Shown: one piece after another, positions 51,602 to 61,433 of the stretch | Layout: every line of letters starts with the position of its first letter | Position numbering within the stretch: the stretch's first letter is position 1 | Assembly (NCBI GenBank): GCA_937930175.1 | Contig: CALGLP010000004.1 | Coordinates: 2,163 to 66,162 of the forward strand | Reading direction: 5' to 3' | Source of the DNA: an uncultured bacterium | Lineage (GTDB): Bacteria; Omnitrophota; Gorgyraeia; Zapsychrales; Aceulaceae | DNA length: 64,000 bases | Position numbers and translations under genes: made by a program | Notes under the pieces: model-generated | What the model was told of the DNA's origin: nothing | Databases searched by the model: none | What the model saw: only the letters and a program-made list of their open reading frames with translations

Positions 51602-54600
51602 CTATAAGGAACATAGACAATCCGTTTAAACTGGAAGAGGCTCAGGTTAAGGAGGTCCCTTACTCCCGTCATAAGACGCTTCAGGAAGTTTTAATTGAGT
51701 CCGGGTTTGATTACGAGAATAAGCGCATTATTGTCAGCGGCAAGCGCATCGAGAATTTATCAGCATATCTTGATAATGAAGACGAGGTTACTATTATCCC
51801 GGAAGTAAAAGCGCCGGTGGTTGCGATTATCTCTGCCATAGTATCGGCAGTATGGGCCGTGGCAGTGGCGCATCCGTTCTTATTTACTTTTTTCGTGCTC
51901 TCCATGGGTTATGCCATTTATCAGCATATGAACCAGCCTAAGATGCCGGATTTTAATTTAGGCTCGGCAACCGGCATGGATGAGGGGTCGCCTACCTACG
52001 GCTGGGATGGCGTGCAGACTATCCAGGAAGTAGGAGTGCCGGTGGCAGTTGTTTACGGAGAACACAGGATCGGCGGGAATATTATCAATCAATTCCTTTG
52101 GGAGGATGGAGATAGCCATTACTTAAATGTTCTGCTTGCGCTTTGCGAAGGAGAGATTGAGTCAATCGAGAGCATTGAAATAAATAACAATCCTATTGCT
52201 AACTTCGGAGGAGTGACGGTTTCAAAACGATACGGCGCAAACTTTCAGAGTCTTGTCAGCAACTTCGAAGACCTGCACAATCTTTATCCGGTTAATGCCA
52301 ATCTGGTTAAAAACAACCCTTATGTTTACACTACCGTGGATTTAGATGTGGAAGGGTTTGAGATTCACTTAAGGCTGAATAACGGGCTTTACCAGCAGAG
52401 CCAAGGATCCGGCGATATCCAAAGTTGGAGCGTAACTTACAAGGTTGAATACAAGCTCCATTCAGAAGGCACTTATATTAATTTAGGCGAGACGACCATT
52501 TCGGAAAAATCCCGCTCCACAGTGCGCAGGGTGTTTCGCAAAGTCGGTTTAGGGCCCGGGCAATACGATATCCGGATCACCCGCACCTCAGATGACAGTT
52601 CGCTTTCACCGCTTCGGCAGGGTGATTTAACCTTATTTCAGATAGATGAGCTTAAGACTGATGATCTAAGTTATCCAAACACAGCTTTATTGGGCCTGCA
52701 GCTTTTGGCCACAGACCAGCTTAACGGCGGAACCCCGAATGTTACAGCAGTTGTAAAGGGCAAGAAAGTTTTAGTGCCGGACATAAGAAACACCGGTGTG
52801 GCGGTTAGCTGGGAAGATTATTATTGGGATGGAGGCGACTATCGTCTTTTATGTGACGATACTTTGCTTGAATGGGACGGCATAACCTATGTCCAGAAAT
52901 TCTCAGCCAATCCGGTATGGTGCCTCAGGGATTTCATTGTCAACAATCGTTATGGGCTGGGCGAGTTTATTTTAACCTCGCATCTGGATAACGCCTCGCT
53001 ATTGGAAATGTCGCAGTATTGCGAAGAGAAAGTGGCTGACGGAAAAGGCGGCTTTGAGAAACGTTTCAGGCTCGATGTCGTGATTGACTCAAATAACAAG
53101 GCGCTCGATATTCTGATTCAGCTAAGTGCTGTGTTTAACGCTATGCCATTATACAGTGCAGGCGGGATATCGTTCAAAATAGATAAGCAAACGCTGCCGA
53201 CTCAGCTTTTCGGCATGGGAAATATCGTTAAAGATAGCTTTGTGCAGAGTTGGAAGACAATCAAAGAAGTGCCGAATGTGATTGAAGTGCAGTTTACAGA
53301 TAAAGAGAAAAATTACCGCCAGGAAACCATTGCTTACATCGATGAGGATGCATTGGCTAACGGCGAGCCGATGCGCAAGAGCCAGCTTCGCTTATTTACC
53401 ACTGGCGCAAGCTATGCTATCCGCGCAGCGCGCTATGCCTTAAAGGTTGCCAAATATATTAACCGCTCAATTGTTTTTAAGGCAGGCATTGACGCAGTTG
53501 CCTGCCAGGCGGGAGATATTATTTCTCTTTCGCATGATGTGCCGCAGTGGGGATTTTCGGGCAGGGTAAAGGACGACTCCACAACGATATTAATTAAGCT
53601 GGACCGGCCTATGATTATTGAAGACGGCAAGTCTTATAAGATACAAATCAGATTCTCTGATGATTCGATTGAGGAAAAATTAATAACCTCGCCAGCCGGG
53701 ACCTATACAGAAATCGCCTGCCAGGCATTCACAAATACGCCGCAGGATTTTGATGTCTATGCCATAGGCGAAACGAATAAGGTCAAAAAAGACTTTAGAG
53801 TTGTAGCGATTCAAAGAGAAGGCAAGAACGAGGTGCAGATTCAGGCCCTGGAATATAACGAAGCGGTTTATGACGATTCTGATATTATCCTGCCGCAGAA
53901 TAACTACTCTTCTTTATCAGGAGAAATTCCGCCCGTATCAAATCTTACGTTAACCGAATCCCTGGTTAAGAAGACTGACGGCACAATTGAAAACGCGATT
54001 GATGTTTGGTTTGACCGGCCGGTGTATGTCGACCACTATGTCAAGTCCTTTGCCAAGGCAAAAATATATTTAAGCGATGACGGCGGCTTAAGCTGGGGTG
54101 CAAGAGGCGAAACAACCGGCTCATATTTCCGCATTATCGGCGATATTGTTGACCGGCACACCTATAAGGTTAAAGTCACATCGCTTACAGATATGGATGA
54201 GGAAAGCTCTCTTGTGACAGCGCCTGAATCCTCAATTACTGTTGTGGGCAAATCTGCCCCGCCAAGCGATGTTTCGACTTTCTTGGTTAACCAGAACAGG
54301 GATCAAATTTATTTCGGCTGGAGCGAGATCCCGGATGTGGACGTTTGGGGATACGAAATCAGGCGCGGAGTAGACTGGGAAAGCGGAGAGGTAATAACAT
54401 TTCAGCAGGGAACACACTATCTTACTACGGGTCTTAAGAAAGGCATTGATCAGAAATTTTGGATCAAGGCAATTGATACTTCCGGTAACTATTCTGAAAA
54501 CCCTACAGAATCAGTCCTTACTGTAGGTGAGATCCCGTTTAGGAACGTAATTGCTGAATATCAGGAGCATCCATTATGGGAAGGCGTAAAGACAAATCTT

Positions 54601-55215
54601 GAGGTCAGTTTTGAGACGCTGGTAATTTCCGACGGATTCCTTTCCGGAGAATATGATACGCCTGTCCGGGATATCGGCTATGTGGCAGCTGCCTTTATTG
54701 AGATAGAGGCAATCGTTTCTCTGTCAACAGGCAGAAGGTTTAACAGCGACCCGGACGCACGGTTTAACGACAGCCTGTCTTACCGGTTTACCGGCCAAGA
54801 GACGCAGAATGTGGCCAATTTTAAGATACGGTTGTCCGAAGACAATATCAACTGGTCCGAGTGGGCAGATTATCAGCCGGGGGATTATTATTGTCGGTAC
54901 TTTCAGCTTAAGATGATTTTAACGCGCGCAAACCTGGGTGACTATGTGACGTGCTCAACCCTGCAATATCTTGCAGACCTTCCTGATGTGGATGATTTCG
55001 GAAGCGATGCAGTAGCGGACGCAAACGAGGGGAAAGAGGTATTTTTTACCAAAACTTATCACGAGGAGCCGAATGTGCATATTGAGATAACTTCCGGAGG
55101 AGGCGTTTATACGCAGTTTGTTGATAAGTCTACGACGAGTTTTAAGGTCAAGTTATTCAATGCTCAAGGTGCCGCGCAGACAGGTACTTTTGACTGGCAT
55201 AGCCATGGAGTTTAA
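51595..55215 (+). CDS. Host specificity / tail tip protein J-like
   Basis: 1206 aa; position after K. Confidence 0.7.
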   Translation: MLTIRNIDNPFKLEEAQVKEVPYSRHKTLQEVLIESGFDYENKRIIVSGKRIENLSAYLDNEDEVTIIPEVKAPVVAIISAIVSAVWAVAVAHPFLFTFFVLSMGYAIYQHMNQPKMPDFNLGSATGMDEGSPTYGWDGVQTIQEVGVPVAVVYGEHRIGGNIINQFLWEDGDSHYLNVLLALCEGEIESIESIEINNNPIANFGGVTVSKRYGANFQSLVSNFEDLHNLYPVNANLVKNNPYVYTTVDLDVEGFEIHLRLNNGLYQQSQGSGDIQSWSVTYKVEYKLHSEGTYINLGETTISEKSRSTVRRVFRKVGLGPGQYDIRITRTSDDSSLSPLRQGDLTLFQIDELKTDDLSYPNTALLGLQLLATDQLNGGTPNVTAVVKGKKVLVPDIRNTGVAVSWEDYYWDGGDYRLLCDDTLLEWDGITYVQKFSANPVWCLRDFIVNNRYGLGEFILTSHLDNASLLEMSQYCEEKVADGKGGFEKRFRLDVVIDSNNKALDILIQLSAVFNAMPLYSAGGISFKIDKQTLPTQLFGMGNIVKDSFVQSWKTIKEVPNVIEVQFTDKEKNYRQETIAYIDEDALANGEPMRKSQLRLFTTGASYAIRAARYALKVAKYINRSIVFKAGIDAVACQAGDIISLSHDVPQWGFSGRVKDDSTTILIKLDRPMIIEDGKSYKIQIRFSDDSIEEKLITSPAGTYTEIACQAFTNTPQDFDVYAIGETNKVKKDFRVVAIQREGKNEVQIQALEYNEAVYDDSDIILPQNNYSSLSGEIPPVSNLTLTESLVKKTDGTIENAIDVWFDRPVYVDHYVKSFAKAKIYLSDDGGLSWGARGETTGSYFRIIGDIVDRHTYKVKVTSLTDMDEESSLVTAPESSITVVGKSAPPSDVSTFLVNQNRDQIYFGWSEIPDVDVWGYEIRRGVDWESGEVITFQQGTHYLTTGLKKGIDQKFWIKAIDTSGNYSENPTESVLTVGEIPFRNVIAEYQEHPLWEGVKTNLEVSFETLVISDGFLSGEYDTPVRDIGYVAAAFIEIEAIVSLSTGRRFNSDPDARFNDSLSYRFTGQETQNVANFKIRLSEDNINWSEWADYQPGDYYCRYFQLKMILTRANLGDYVTCSTLQYLADLPDVDDFGSDAVADANEGKEVFFTKTYHEEPNVHIEITSGGGVYTQFVDKSTTSFKVKLFNAQGAAQTGTFDWHSHGV

Positions 55216-55217
55216 GA

Positions 55218-55433
55218 ATGGGTAAGAAACTGATACCGAGTAAAGTGATTATCGAGTTTGATAACGGCGCTTTTGTAAGCGGCGTTATTCTTTATAAAGT
55301 AAATGACAGCGGTGAAATAAGCCGGGTAAAAACAATCGGGATTAAGAATGCTGATTTCAGCAAACCGCTACTTAACGGGCTGCTACAAAAGTTTATTAAG
55401 CATGCGGAAAGCGCGGAAGGAACTCAAGAATGA
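55218..55433 (+). CDS. Hypothetical phage protein
   Basis: 71 aa. Confidence 0.3.
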   Translation: MGKKLIPSKVIIEFDNGAFVSGVILYKVNDSGEISRVKTIGIKNADFSKPLLNGLLQKFIKHAESAEGTQE

Positions 55434-55708
55434 TTTGCTCAAGATGCAAGCAAGAGATCCCCAAAGACATGGCCTATGTGCTGATAAGGGGAAGCATTAT
55501 TTTGCGTACTCCCAAAAAGCGGCCTTTAGTCTTTACCTGCATTGAGCAGGCATTTAATTACGCGCAAGCCTTATTTATGCACGATGTCTGCTGGATTGAG
55601 ACTTTGCGGGAGTACGGGTTAGAGCTTTATGACATGAATAAGGTCGCAGAACAATATAAGAATATGGAGGTGTCCGATGGCTTGGGACAAGACAAAGCCG
55701 GAAAATGA
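55430..55708 (+). CDS. Hypothetical Cys-containing phage protein
   Basis: 92 aa. Confidence 0.3.
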   Translation: MICSRCKQEIPKDMAYVLIRGSIILRTPKKRPLVFTCIEQAFNYAQALFMHDVCWIETLREYGLELYDMNKVAEQYKNMEVSDGLGQDKAGK

Positions 55709-56249
55709 CATGCTTTTAATTAACTTCCCGGCTGCCTGCAGGGCAAACTGGGAAGCCTTAGAGTTAGGCACGGACCCGAATCTTTTAATTACGAATGCCA
55801 AGGTAGCGCCCGGGGCCGGAATTGAAGACACAAAGCTGGCACAGATAGTCACGCCGAATAAGGTGAGCGGCGCAGCTTTGACCGGCCTGGCAAGCATACC
55901 TTCTGCAGCCGGGGTCCTGCCGGAGGCGAATTCTCCTAATAAGCTGAAAGCCGATGTCAGTGATACAACGCCGGAGTATTTAGACGGGCTTATCGATACT
56001 TTGGTGTTTCAGATTTCAGGAAGCGATAAGCTGCAGCTAAAAGACGGCGGAGTCGGCACTGAAAAGCTGGAAGGAGGCGCAGCTTCTCCGGGGAATAACA
56101 AATGTTACGGAACCAATGCAGGCGGTGCCAAGGGGTTTTATGAGACTATCCCTGTTCACCTTGATTCAGTTCAAGACGGCCAGGGATTAAGATATAGCAG
56201 CGCCAATTCAAGGTTTGAGAACGCGCCGCCCAGAGCGGTATACGCATAA
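55677..56249 (+). CDS. Putative tail fibre protein (proximal part)
   Basis: 190 aa Gly/Ala/Ser-rich with fibre-like low-complexity segments, downstream of J. Confidence 0.4.
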   Translation: MAWDKTKPENDMLLINFPAACRANWEALELGTDPNLLITNAKVAPGAGIEDTKLAQIVTPNKVSGAALTGLASIPSAAGVLPEANSPNKLKADVSDTTPEYLDGLIDTLVFQISGSDKLQLKDGGVGTEKLEGGAASPGNNKCYGTNAGGAKGFYETIPVHLDSVQDGQGLRYSSANSRFENAPPRAVYA

Positions 56250-56258
56250 AGGAAACAC

Positions 56259-56834
56259 ATGGGAAATTATACAAGCGGGCCCCCGAAAAGCTCCGGAGGA
56301 AATCCAGTACCTACAACATGGACGGACGATCCATTAGTTCAGGATGTTACGCCTATTAAAAAGACGCACATTGTAGAGCTACGGGCTTGTTTAGAAGCCT
56401 TAGACGGCCATTATCATGTATTCAATGGGAACAATTCAAACGCGGAAGTGCCGGATGTATCTGTGGCATGGGCAGAATCAAATGCGCAGCTTATTGTGGA
56501 TGAAACGCCGCCGAAGGCATCGCATACTAATGAGGTTATAAATTTTATCAAGGCCTTTAATGGTCACTACCATTATGTGCCAGCATACAGCATTAATTCC
56601 AACGCCTTTGCGCCCGGTTTTGCTTTTGAGGACGACCCGGTTACAGCGCTTGTTACATGGATCAAGGCATCGGCTCACGAACAATTAAGAAGCCATTTAG
56701 AAAGCTTGGCAGGGCATACGCATATAGTCTGCTGTGAATGCGAATGCACCTGCACTTGTACCTGCACGTGTACTTGTACCTGCACCTGCACCTGCCAGGA
56801 GCAGTGCTGCAGCGAATGCGATTGCGGAGATTAA
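56259..56834 (+). CDS. Putative tail-fibre tip / RiPP-precursor-like protein with three G-H-x-H motifs and a C-terminal Cys-rich (Cys-Thr)n tail
   Basis: 191 aa; LDGHYHVF, FNGHYHYV, LAGHTHIV; C-terminus CCECE(CT)8-9CQEQCCSECDCGD; stop one base before the radical SAM start. Confidence 0.5.
   Translation: MGNYTSGPPKSSGGNPVPTTWTDDPLVQDVTPIKKTHIVELRACLEALDGHYHVFNGNNSNAEVPDVSVAWAESNAQLIVDETPPKASHTNEVINFIKAFNGHYHYVPAYSINSNAFAPGFAFEDDPVTALVTWIKASAHEQLRSHLESLAGHTHIVCCECECTCTCTCTCTCTCTCTCQEQCCSECDCGD
56745..56795 (+). repeat. Hexanucleotide (TGYACN) tandem repeat encoding the (Cys-Thr)n run
   Basis: tgcacc tgcact tgtacc tgcacg tgtact tgtacc tgcacc tgcacc tgc. Confidence 0.85.
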
Positions 56835-56835
56835 A

Positions 56836-58122
56836 ATGAAGCCAAAATCTGCCTATATTTTTGTGACTAATAAATGCAACCTGCGCTGTAAATATTGCTA
56901 TGAAGAAAACCGCACCGGAGATATGACACCGGAAACTATGGTTGCGGCCATAGACTGGCTGGTAAGCCATTATGAAAAAGAAATGTTTGCCCGGCCTTTT
57001 GAAAGCCTGACCTTTACATTCTTTGGCGGAGAACCGCTTCTTAATTTTCCGACAGTCAGGGCTGGTATAGATTACCTGCGGGGCATATGCGATAAGCTTA
57101 ATTTTAAGGCAGGAATCCACATTTTATCAAACGGGACGGTATTTACAGATGAGATGACAGAGTATTTTAAGAACATTCGTCAATACAATAATTTCAACTG
57201 GCACTTTCAGGTGTCATTGGACGGCTGCGAGGAAACGCACAACGCTAACAGGGTATTTGCCAATGATGAGGGAAGCTATAAGGTTATTTCAGAAAACATA
57301 AAAAAGATCAGGGAAATTTTCAAAAGCGTAGGCGTGCGCATGACCGTTACGCCGGAGAATATAAAATCACTTTCAAAAGATTTTGAGGCTTTGCTTTCTT
57401 TTGGCACGCCTGTGACTAACCTTACGCCTATTGTAGAAGGCGACTGGAATGATGAGGTGATCGGCACATTCATAGATGAGCTTAAAAAATGCATTGAGCT
57501 GTATTACCGAAAAGGCCATAACCAGTATTTTAATTATCTGCACCATTCTTTGGAGAGGATAGTGGACAATTCATTTAACCGGCAGAAGGGCTGCAGGGCA
57601 GGGGAATTCTTGATAGGTATTTCAACTGAGGGCAAGATCTATCCTTGCCACAGATTTGTCGCCTATTCTAAGAAAGATGACTTTTGCCTGGGCGATGTCT
57701 GGAAAGGTATAGACGAAAACGGCGAGGCGTTTAAGAAAATAAAAGAAATGCGTCAGAGGGCAGTTAAGTGTTTAAACTGCAAGGTGTTTTCCTGTAACAG
57801 GTGTTTTGCAACAAATATGTACTTGAATCAGGATCCCGCGGCGATTCCCGACAACGGGTACTGCGAAATGAACGAAAAGATATCAAGCGCCTTGCGGCCG
57901 ATAATAAGGAGGTTGTTTGTGGAAGGAAAATTACCGCTTAAAGAAGGCGAAATGGCAGATCTAAAAGATAATGGTGTTATGTATAAGATAAGTAAAGACG
58001 AGCCTGCGGAGCTTGTAGAGGACAAGTTAGATGTAATGGCCCGCTGTATGATCCGCGTGGTGAAAGAACTGCAAGAGGTAAAGTCAGCGCTGTCTTTGCT
58101 TGCATCGAGGCATAAGGATTAA
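56836..58122 (+). CDS. Radical SAM enzyme with C-terminal SPASM domain
   Basis: CNLRCKYC (Cx3Cx2C) near the N-terminus; C-terminal cysteines including CLNCKVFSCNRC; real start ATG 56836 (the listed ORF from 56734 is alternate-frame read-through of the CT repeat). Confidence 0.8.
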   Translation: MKPKSAYIFVTNKCNLRCKYCYEENRTGDMTPETMVAAIDWLVSHYEKEMFARPFESLTFTFFGGEPLLNFPTVRAGIDYLRGICDKLNFKAGIHILSNGTVFTDEMTEYFKNIRQYNNFNWHFQVSLDGCEETHNANRVFANDEGSYKVISENIKKIREIFKSVGVRMTVTPENIKSLSKDFEALLSFGTPVTNLTPIVEGDWNDEVIGTFIDELKKCIELYYRKGHNQYFNYLHHSLERIVDNSFNRQKGCRAGEFLIGISTEGKIYPCHRFVAYSKKDDFCLGDVWKGIDENGEAFKKIKEMRQRAVKCLNCKVFSCNRCFATNMYLNQDPAAIPDNGYCEMNEKISSALRPIIRRLFVEGKLPLKEGEMADLKDNGVMYKISKDEPAELVEDKLDVMARCMIRVVKELQEVKSALSLLASRHKD

Positions 58123-58125
58123 GCT

Positions 58126-59478
58126 ATGAAGTATTTATGCATCGTTCCATATGAATATACCACTATAACGATGATGTACCGGAATTCTCCGGTCGGCATC
58201 TATAAGGTTGCCACAAAACTGCGCAGAGAAGGCCATACTGTAGAGCTTTTTAACATGTACCCTCTTTACCGCCCGAGAAAGTTTATGGAGAATAAGCCGG
58301 GCGCGATGTATTTCAAGGGCATACCTGTATCTCAATTTATCGGTTATAAGAAGTGCGGTAATTTCGAGAACGAGAAATTATGCAGGGAGTTTCACAGGCT
58401 GGGACTGCCAATATCAGAACTTACGAAAAAGTTAGAGGAGTTTCAGCCTGACAGGATATTTGTTGGCAATACCTTTACTTTTCTCTGGAGGGCAGTTTAT
58501 GAGATCGTAGCCGAATGCAAAAAGACGATGCCTAAGGTTCCGGTAAAGGTCGGCGGGCTATATGCTATTCTTTGTCCGGATCATGCTGCAGCATCGGGTG
58601 CCGACGAAGTCATGACCCTGGAAGAAAAGACTACGAGCGATAACTTTATCAAAATAGATACGGATTTATTCGGTGATAACCTTCCAGAGAGGATATTTTT
58701 AGGGACCTCGGTAGGCTGCCCCAATCATTGCTCATATTGCGCTGTTCATATTGTAGAGGGCTGCACAAAGGTAAACACCAGCCCGGATGAAGTAGTAAGC
58801 GAGCTTAAGTATTATAAATCAATGGGAATAAGCAGGTTTATTTTTCTCGACGCCAATATCCTCTATGGATACGAGAATCATTTTAAAGTTATTCTCGATA
58901 AGGTTATCCAGGAAAACTTAAATATAGAGCTTTATTCCTACGGAGGAGTAGAGGCGCGCCTATTGACCGATGATATTGCAGAAAAGATGGTTAGTGCCGG
59001 GTTTCGTTCGGTGAATATTCCTATTGAGAGCGCAAGCGACATTATTATTAAAGAATGGAAGAGGAATTGCTTTGTTGCCGACTGGGAACAGGCGATGAAT
59101 GTTGCTAAGAGGCATTTTCAGCGTCTGCGTTCTTTCCTGATTATCGGCGCGCCGAATCAGACCGCAGAAGATATTAAGTCAACCATTGACCTGATTAAAA
59201 GCTACGGTGCAGAGGCGGTAACTCTGCCGTATACGCCGATTCCAGGTACTCCTGATTACGAGAAGTATAAGCATATCGATTTGGAGGACCTTAACCCGGC
59301 CTTTTATCCCTGCGCGCATGAGCGGATGAAAGCAGCTGATTTAGAAAAGTTTTACTCTGAAAACCGGAATGTCAGGTTTTGCTTAAGAGATTGGGATGAT
59401 GCTCAACAGAAAATACCGCCGCCCACAAAGACGATATTTGAAAGCGGACCGGCAGTAAAAACTAAAGGAGGGGATTAG
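58126..59478 (+). CDS. B12-binding-domain radical SAM enzyme
   Basis: N-terminal Rossmann-like B12-binding region followed by CPNHCSYC (Cx3Cx2C). Confidence 0.65.
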   Translation: MKYLCIVPYEYTTITMMYRNSPVGIYKVATKLRREGHTVELFNMYPLYRPRKFMENKPGAMYFKGIPVSQFIGYKKCGNFENEKLCREFHRLGLPISELTKKLEEFQPDRIFVGNTFTFLWRAVYEIVAECKKTMPKVPVKVGGLYAILCPDHAAASGADEVMTLEEKTTSDNFIKIDTDLFGDNLPERIFLGTSVGCPNHCSYCAVHIVEGCTKVNTSPDEVVSELKYYKSMGISRFIFLDANILYGYENHFKVILDKVIQENLNIELYSYGGVEARLLTDDIAEKMVSAGFRSVNIPIESASDIIIKEWKRNCFVADWEQAMNVAKRHFQRLRSFLIIGAPNQTAEDIKSTIDLIKSYGAEAVTLPYTPIPGTPDYEKYKHIDLEDLNPAFYPCAHERMKAADLEKFYSENRNVRFCLRDWDDAQQKIPPPTKTIFESGPAVKTKGGD

Positions 59479-59480
59479 CT

Positions 59481-59771
59481 ATGGGAAAGGTCATCAATCA
59501 CGAGGAGATAATTGTTGACGATATTGTAAAGAGCTTAACACCGTCGGTTTACGACCCGGGCAGCGGTGTGCCAGCCTCTTTTGCGCTTATTCACGCGGAA
59601 GGCGGGCCGATGAGATATTTCGTTAACGGGCAAAATCCTGCGCCGTCGTCCGGGGCACTTTTAGAGGATGGAGATATTGTAGAGCTTCCGTCAATTTATC
59701 ACATAAAGGATTTTAGGGTGGTTAAATCCGGGGATGATTCAGGAAAAATTACAGTAACTTATGAAGCATAA
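59481..59771 (+). CDS. Hypothetical small protein adjacent to the radical SAM pair
   Basis: 96 aa. Confidence 0.3.
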   Translation: MGKVINHEEIIVDDIVKSLTPSVYDPGSGVPASFALIHAEGGPMRYFVNGQNPAPSSGALLEDGDIVELPSIYHIKDFRVVKSGDDSGKITVTYEA

Positions 59772-59785
59772 AGGAGGCGTTAAGA

Positions 59786-60340
59786 ATGCAGCTGCATCTT
59801 AAACATCGCAAAGCAAGCAGAATAATTAAGCGGGTTACAGAAATAACTACAGATGGCGGGCTTCCAAAGACAGGCCAGACTATGATTTATCAGCCTGGAG
59901 ATGACGGGTCCTATCAGATGGGGTATCCGATAGGCGGCGTTCAAAGGTTTATTGACAACGGCGACGGAACAATAATCGATATGGCGACAGGCCTTATGTG
60001 GATAAAAGATCCTCAGGCAGCAGGTTTAAGGTCCTCTATGTATTGGTATGACGCAATCAATGCCTGCGAGAATTTGGATTATGCAGGCCACGATGATTGG
60101 CGGATGCCGAACATTAACGAGCTCTTGTCAATTGTGGATCATTCAAGGTATGATCCGGCATTCGATCTGATGTATTTTATACCATTCCCGGATACATGGA
60201 CGCCTAATTGGTCGTCAACCGTTTGTGCGCCTTGGCTGGACGGGGCCTGGTGTATGTATCCGTATGATGGTTACAAAACAGTCTGGAGCAGAATTAGTGA
60301 TATGTGTTTTGTGCGGCCTGTCAGAGGCGGTCAATCTTAA
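59786..60340 (+). CDS. DUF1566 (Lcl C-terminal-like) domain protein, probable fibre or adhesin domain
   Basis: DWRMPNINELLSIV matches the DUF1566 signature WRLPTxxEL. Confidence 0.5.
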   Translation: MQLHLKHRKASRIIKRVTEITTDGGLPKTGQTMIYQPGDDGSYQMGYPIGGVQRFIDNGDGTIIDMATGLMWIKDPQAAGLRSSMYWYDAINACENLDYAGHDDWRMPNINELLSIVDHSRYDPAFDLMYFIPFPDTWTPNWSSTVCAPWLDGAWCMYPYDGYKTVWSRISDMCFVRPVRGGQS

Positions 60341-60354
60341 AAGGGGAGGCGAAA

Positions 60355-60537
60355 ATGGCAAAAGCTACAATTGAATATAAAAATGGAAAGAAAATCGTTA
60401 CCTATCCTAACGGCGAAAAGCAGGAACATTCCAAAGAAAGCCTTAAAACCGCGAAAGATATGTTTTTGCGGCATAGGCAGAAGATAGATGAGAATATCGC
60501 ATCAATCGATGACGATCTTGCAAAAATGACGGTGTAG
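60355..60537 (+). CDS. Hypothetical phage protein
   Basis: 60 aa from ATG 60355. Confidence 0.3.
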   Translation: MAKATIEYKNGKKIVTYPNGEKQEHSKESLKTAKDMFLRHRQKIDENIASIDDDLAKMTV

Positions 60538-60541
60538 TCAT

Positions 60542-60826
60542 ATGCATAATAATGGTAGCTGGACAAAATATATCACACCGGTTTTAGTGACGATTGCTAT
60601 TTTCATGCTCGGCACGATTATGGCACAGGTAAGCCGCATCGATGAGAAACTCTTTCAGCATTTGGCGAATGACCAGATACATATGCCGCGCAGTCAGTAT
60701 GTTTCAAAGGCAGAATTTGATCTGCACTGCAAATTCTTTGAAAAAGAAAACGAGCGGATCTTGAAGGCAATAGACGATTTAAGGAATGATTTAAAGGTAA
60801 GAAGCCGGGATGGAAGAAATAAGTAG
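60542..60826 (+). CDS. Single-TM membrane protein (holin-like candidate)
   Basis: 94 aa; one TM helix. Confidence 0.3.
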   Translation: MHNNGSWTKYITPVLVTIAIFMLGTIMAQVSRIDEKLFQHLANDQIHMPRSQYVSKAEFDLHCKFFEKENERILKAIDDLRNDLKVRSRDGRNK

Positions 60827-61016
60827 AGTAAGGATTGAGTTTGACCTGCATGAGTATCGGCGGCTTGCCTTGGTTATCCGGGATCACAAAAGTCTGCTCT
60901 ATAAATTAAAAATGAACGAGCTGATCAAACAGGGCCTTATAAAAGACATGAACATTATTATAGGCATATTGGAAAGAGCCGAGGTTAAACCACAAAAGGG
61001 GGAGGTGGAAACATGA
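60810..61016 (+). CDS. Hypothetical phage protein
   Basis: 68 aa. Confidence 0.25.
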   Translation: MEEISRVRIEFDLHEYRRLALVIRDHKSLLYKLKMNELIKQGLIKDMNIIIGILERAEVKPQKGEVET

Positions 61017-61124
61017 AGATGTTTATAGCTTTTACTTTGGGGAATATAGTCGGAGGCCTGGGAATGTTTTTTTATCTTTGGCTGAAAGGCAAGGTGCAGA
61101 GTGTCGGAAAGCGAAAAATTTAGT
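61014..61124 (+). CDS. 36-aa TM peptide MKMFIAFTLGNIVGGLGMFFYLWLKGKVQSVGKRKI
   Basis: Single hydrophobic helix plus basic tail. Confidence 0.25.
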
Positions 61125-61433
61125 CTGCTTAAATTTGCCGGGAGTTTTTTTCAATTCCTGCCGTGGGTGAAGACGCTGCGTTATGCAGCCGGTATTGCGC
61201 TTGTCGGTTTTATCGGCCTGACAATTTACAGGGCATTCTTTATGCCGACGCAGACCACCAAACAGGTCACGCATATCATCGCCCAGCCTGGAGCACAGGT
61301 AACGGTGGATCAGAAGAAAGAGGAAAGGAAGCCCGGCCTTGAGGTTAGTCCTTTCGTAGAAGGCTATGGGTTCGTGGAATCCGACGAGCGCAAGGGCGCA
61401 GGCGCCAAGGCCGGGGTTAGGATTGACTTTTAA
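61101..61433 (+). CDS. Membrane protein (spanin-like or holin-like candidate)
   Basis: 110 aa; one TM helix. Confidence 0.3.
   Translation: MSESEKFSLLKFAGSFFQFLPWVKTLRYAAGIALVGFIGLTIYRAFFMPTQTTKQVTHIIAQPGAQVTVDQKKEERKPGLEVSPFVEGYGFVESDERKGAGAKAGVRIDF

Noticed and set aside
56745-56795. Possible CRISPR-like repeat
   Set aside because: The repeat unit is 6 nt with no spacers and lies in-frame within a CDS. It is a coding microsatellite, not a CRISPR array.
56734-56835. N-terminal extension of the radical SAM ORF (MNANAPALVPARVLVPAPAPA..)
   Set aside because: An alternate-frame reading of the CT hexanucleotide repeat, which keeps that frame open. The true start is ATG 56836, one base after the precursor stop and directly before the CxxxCxxC motif.
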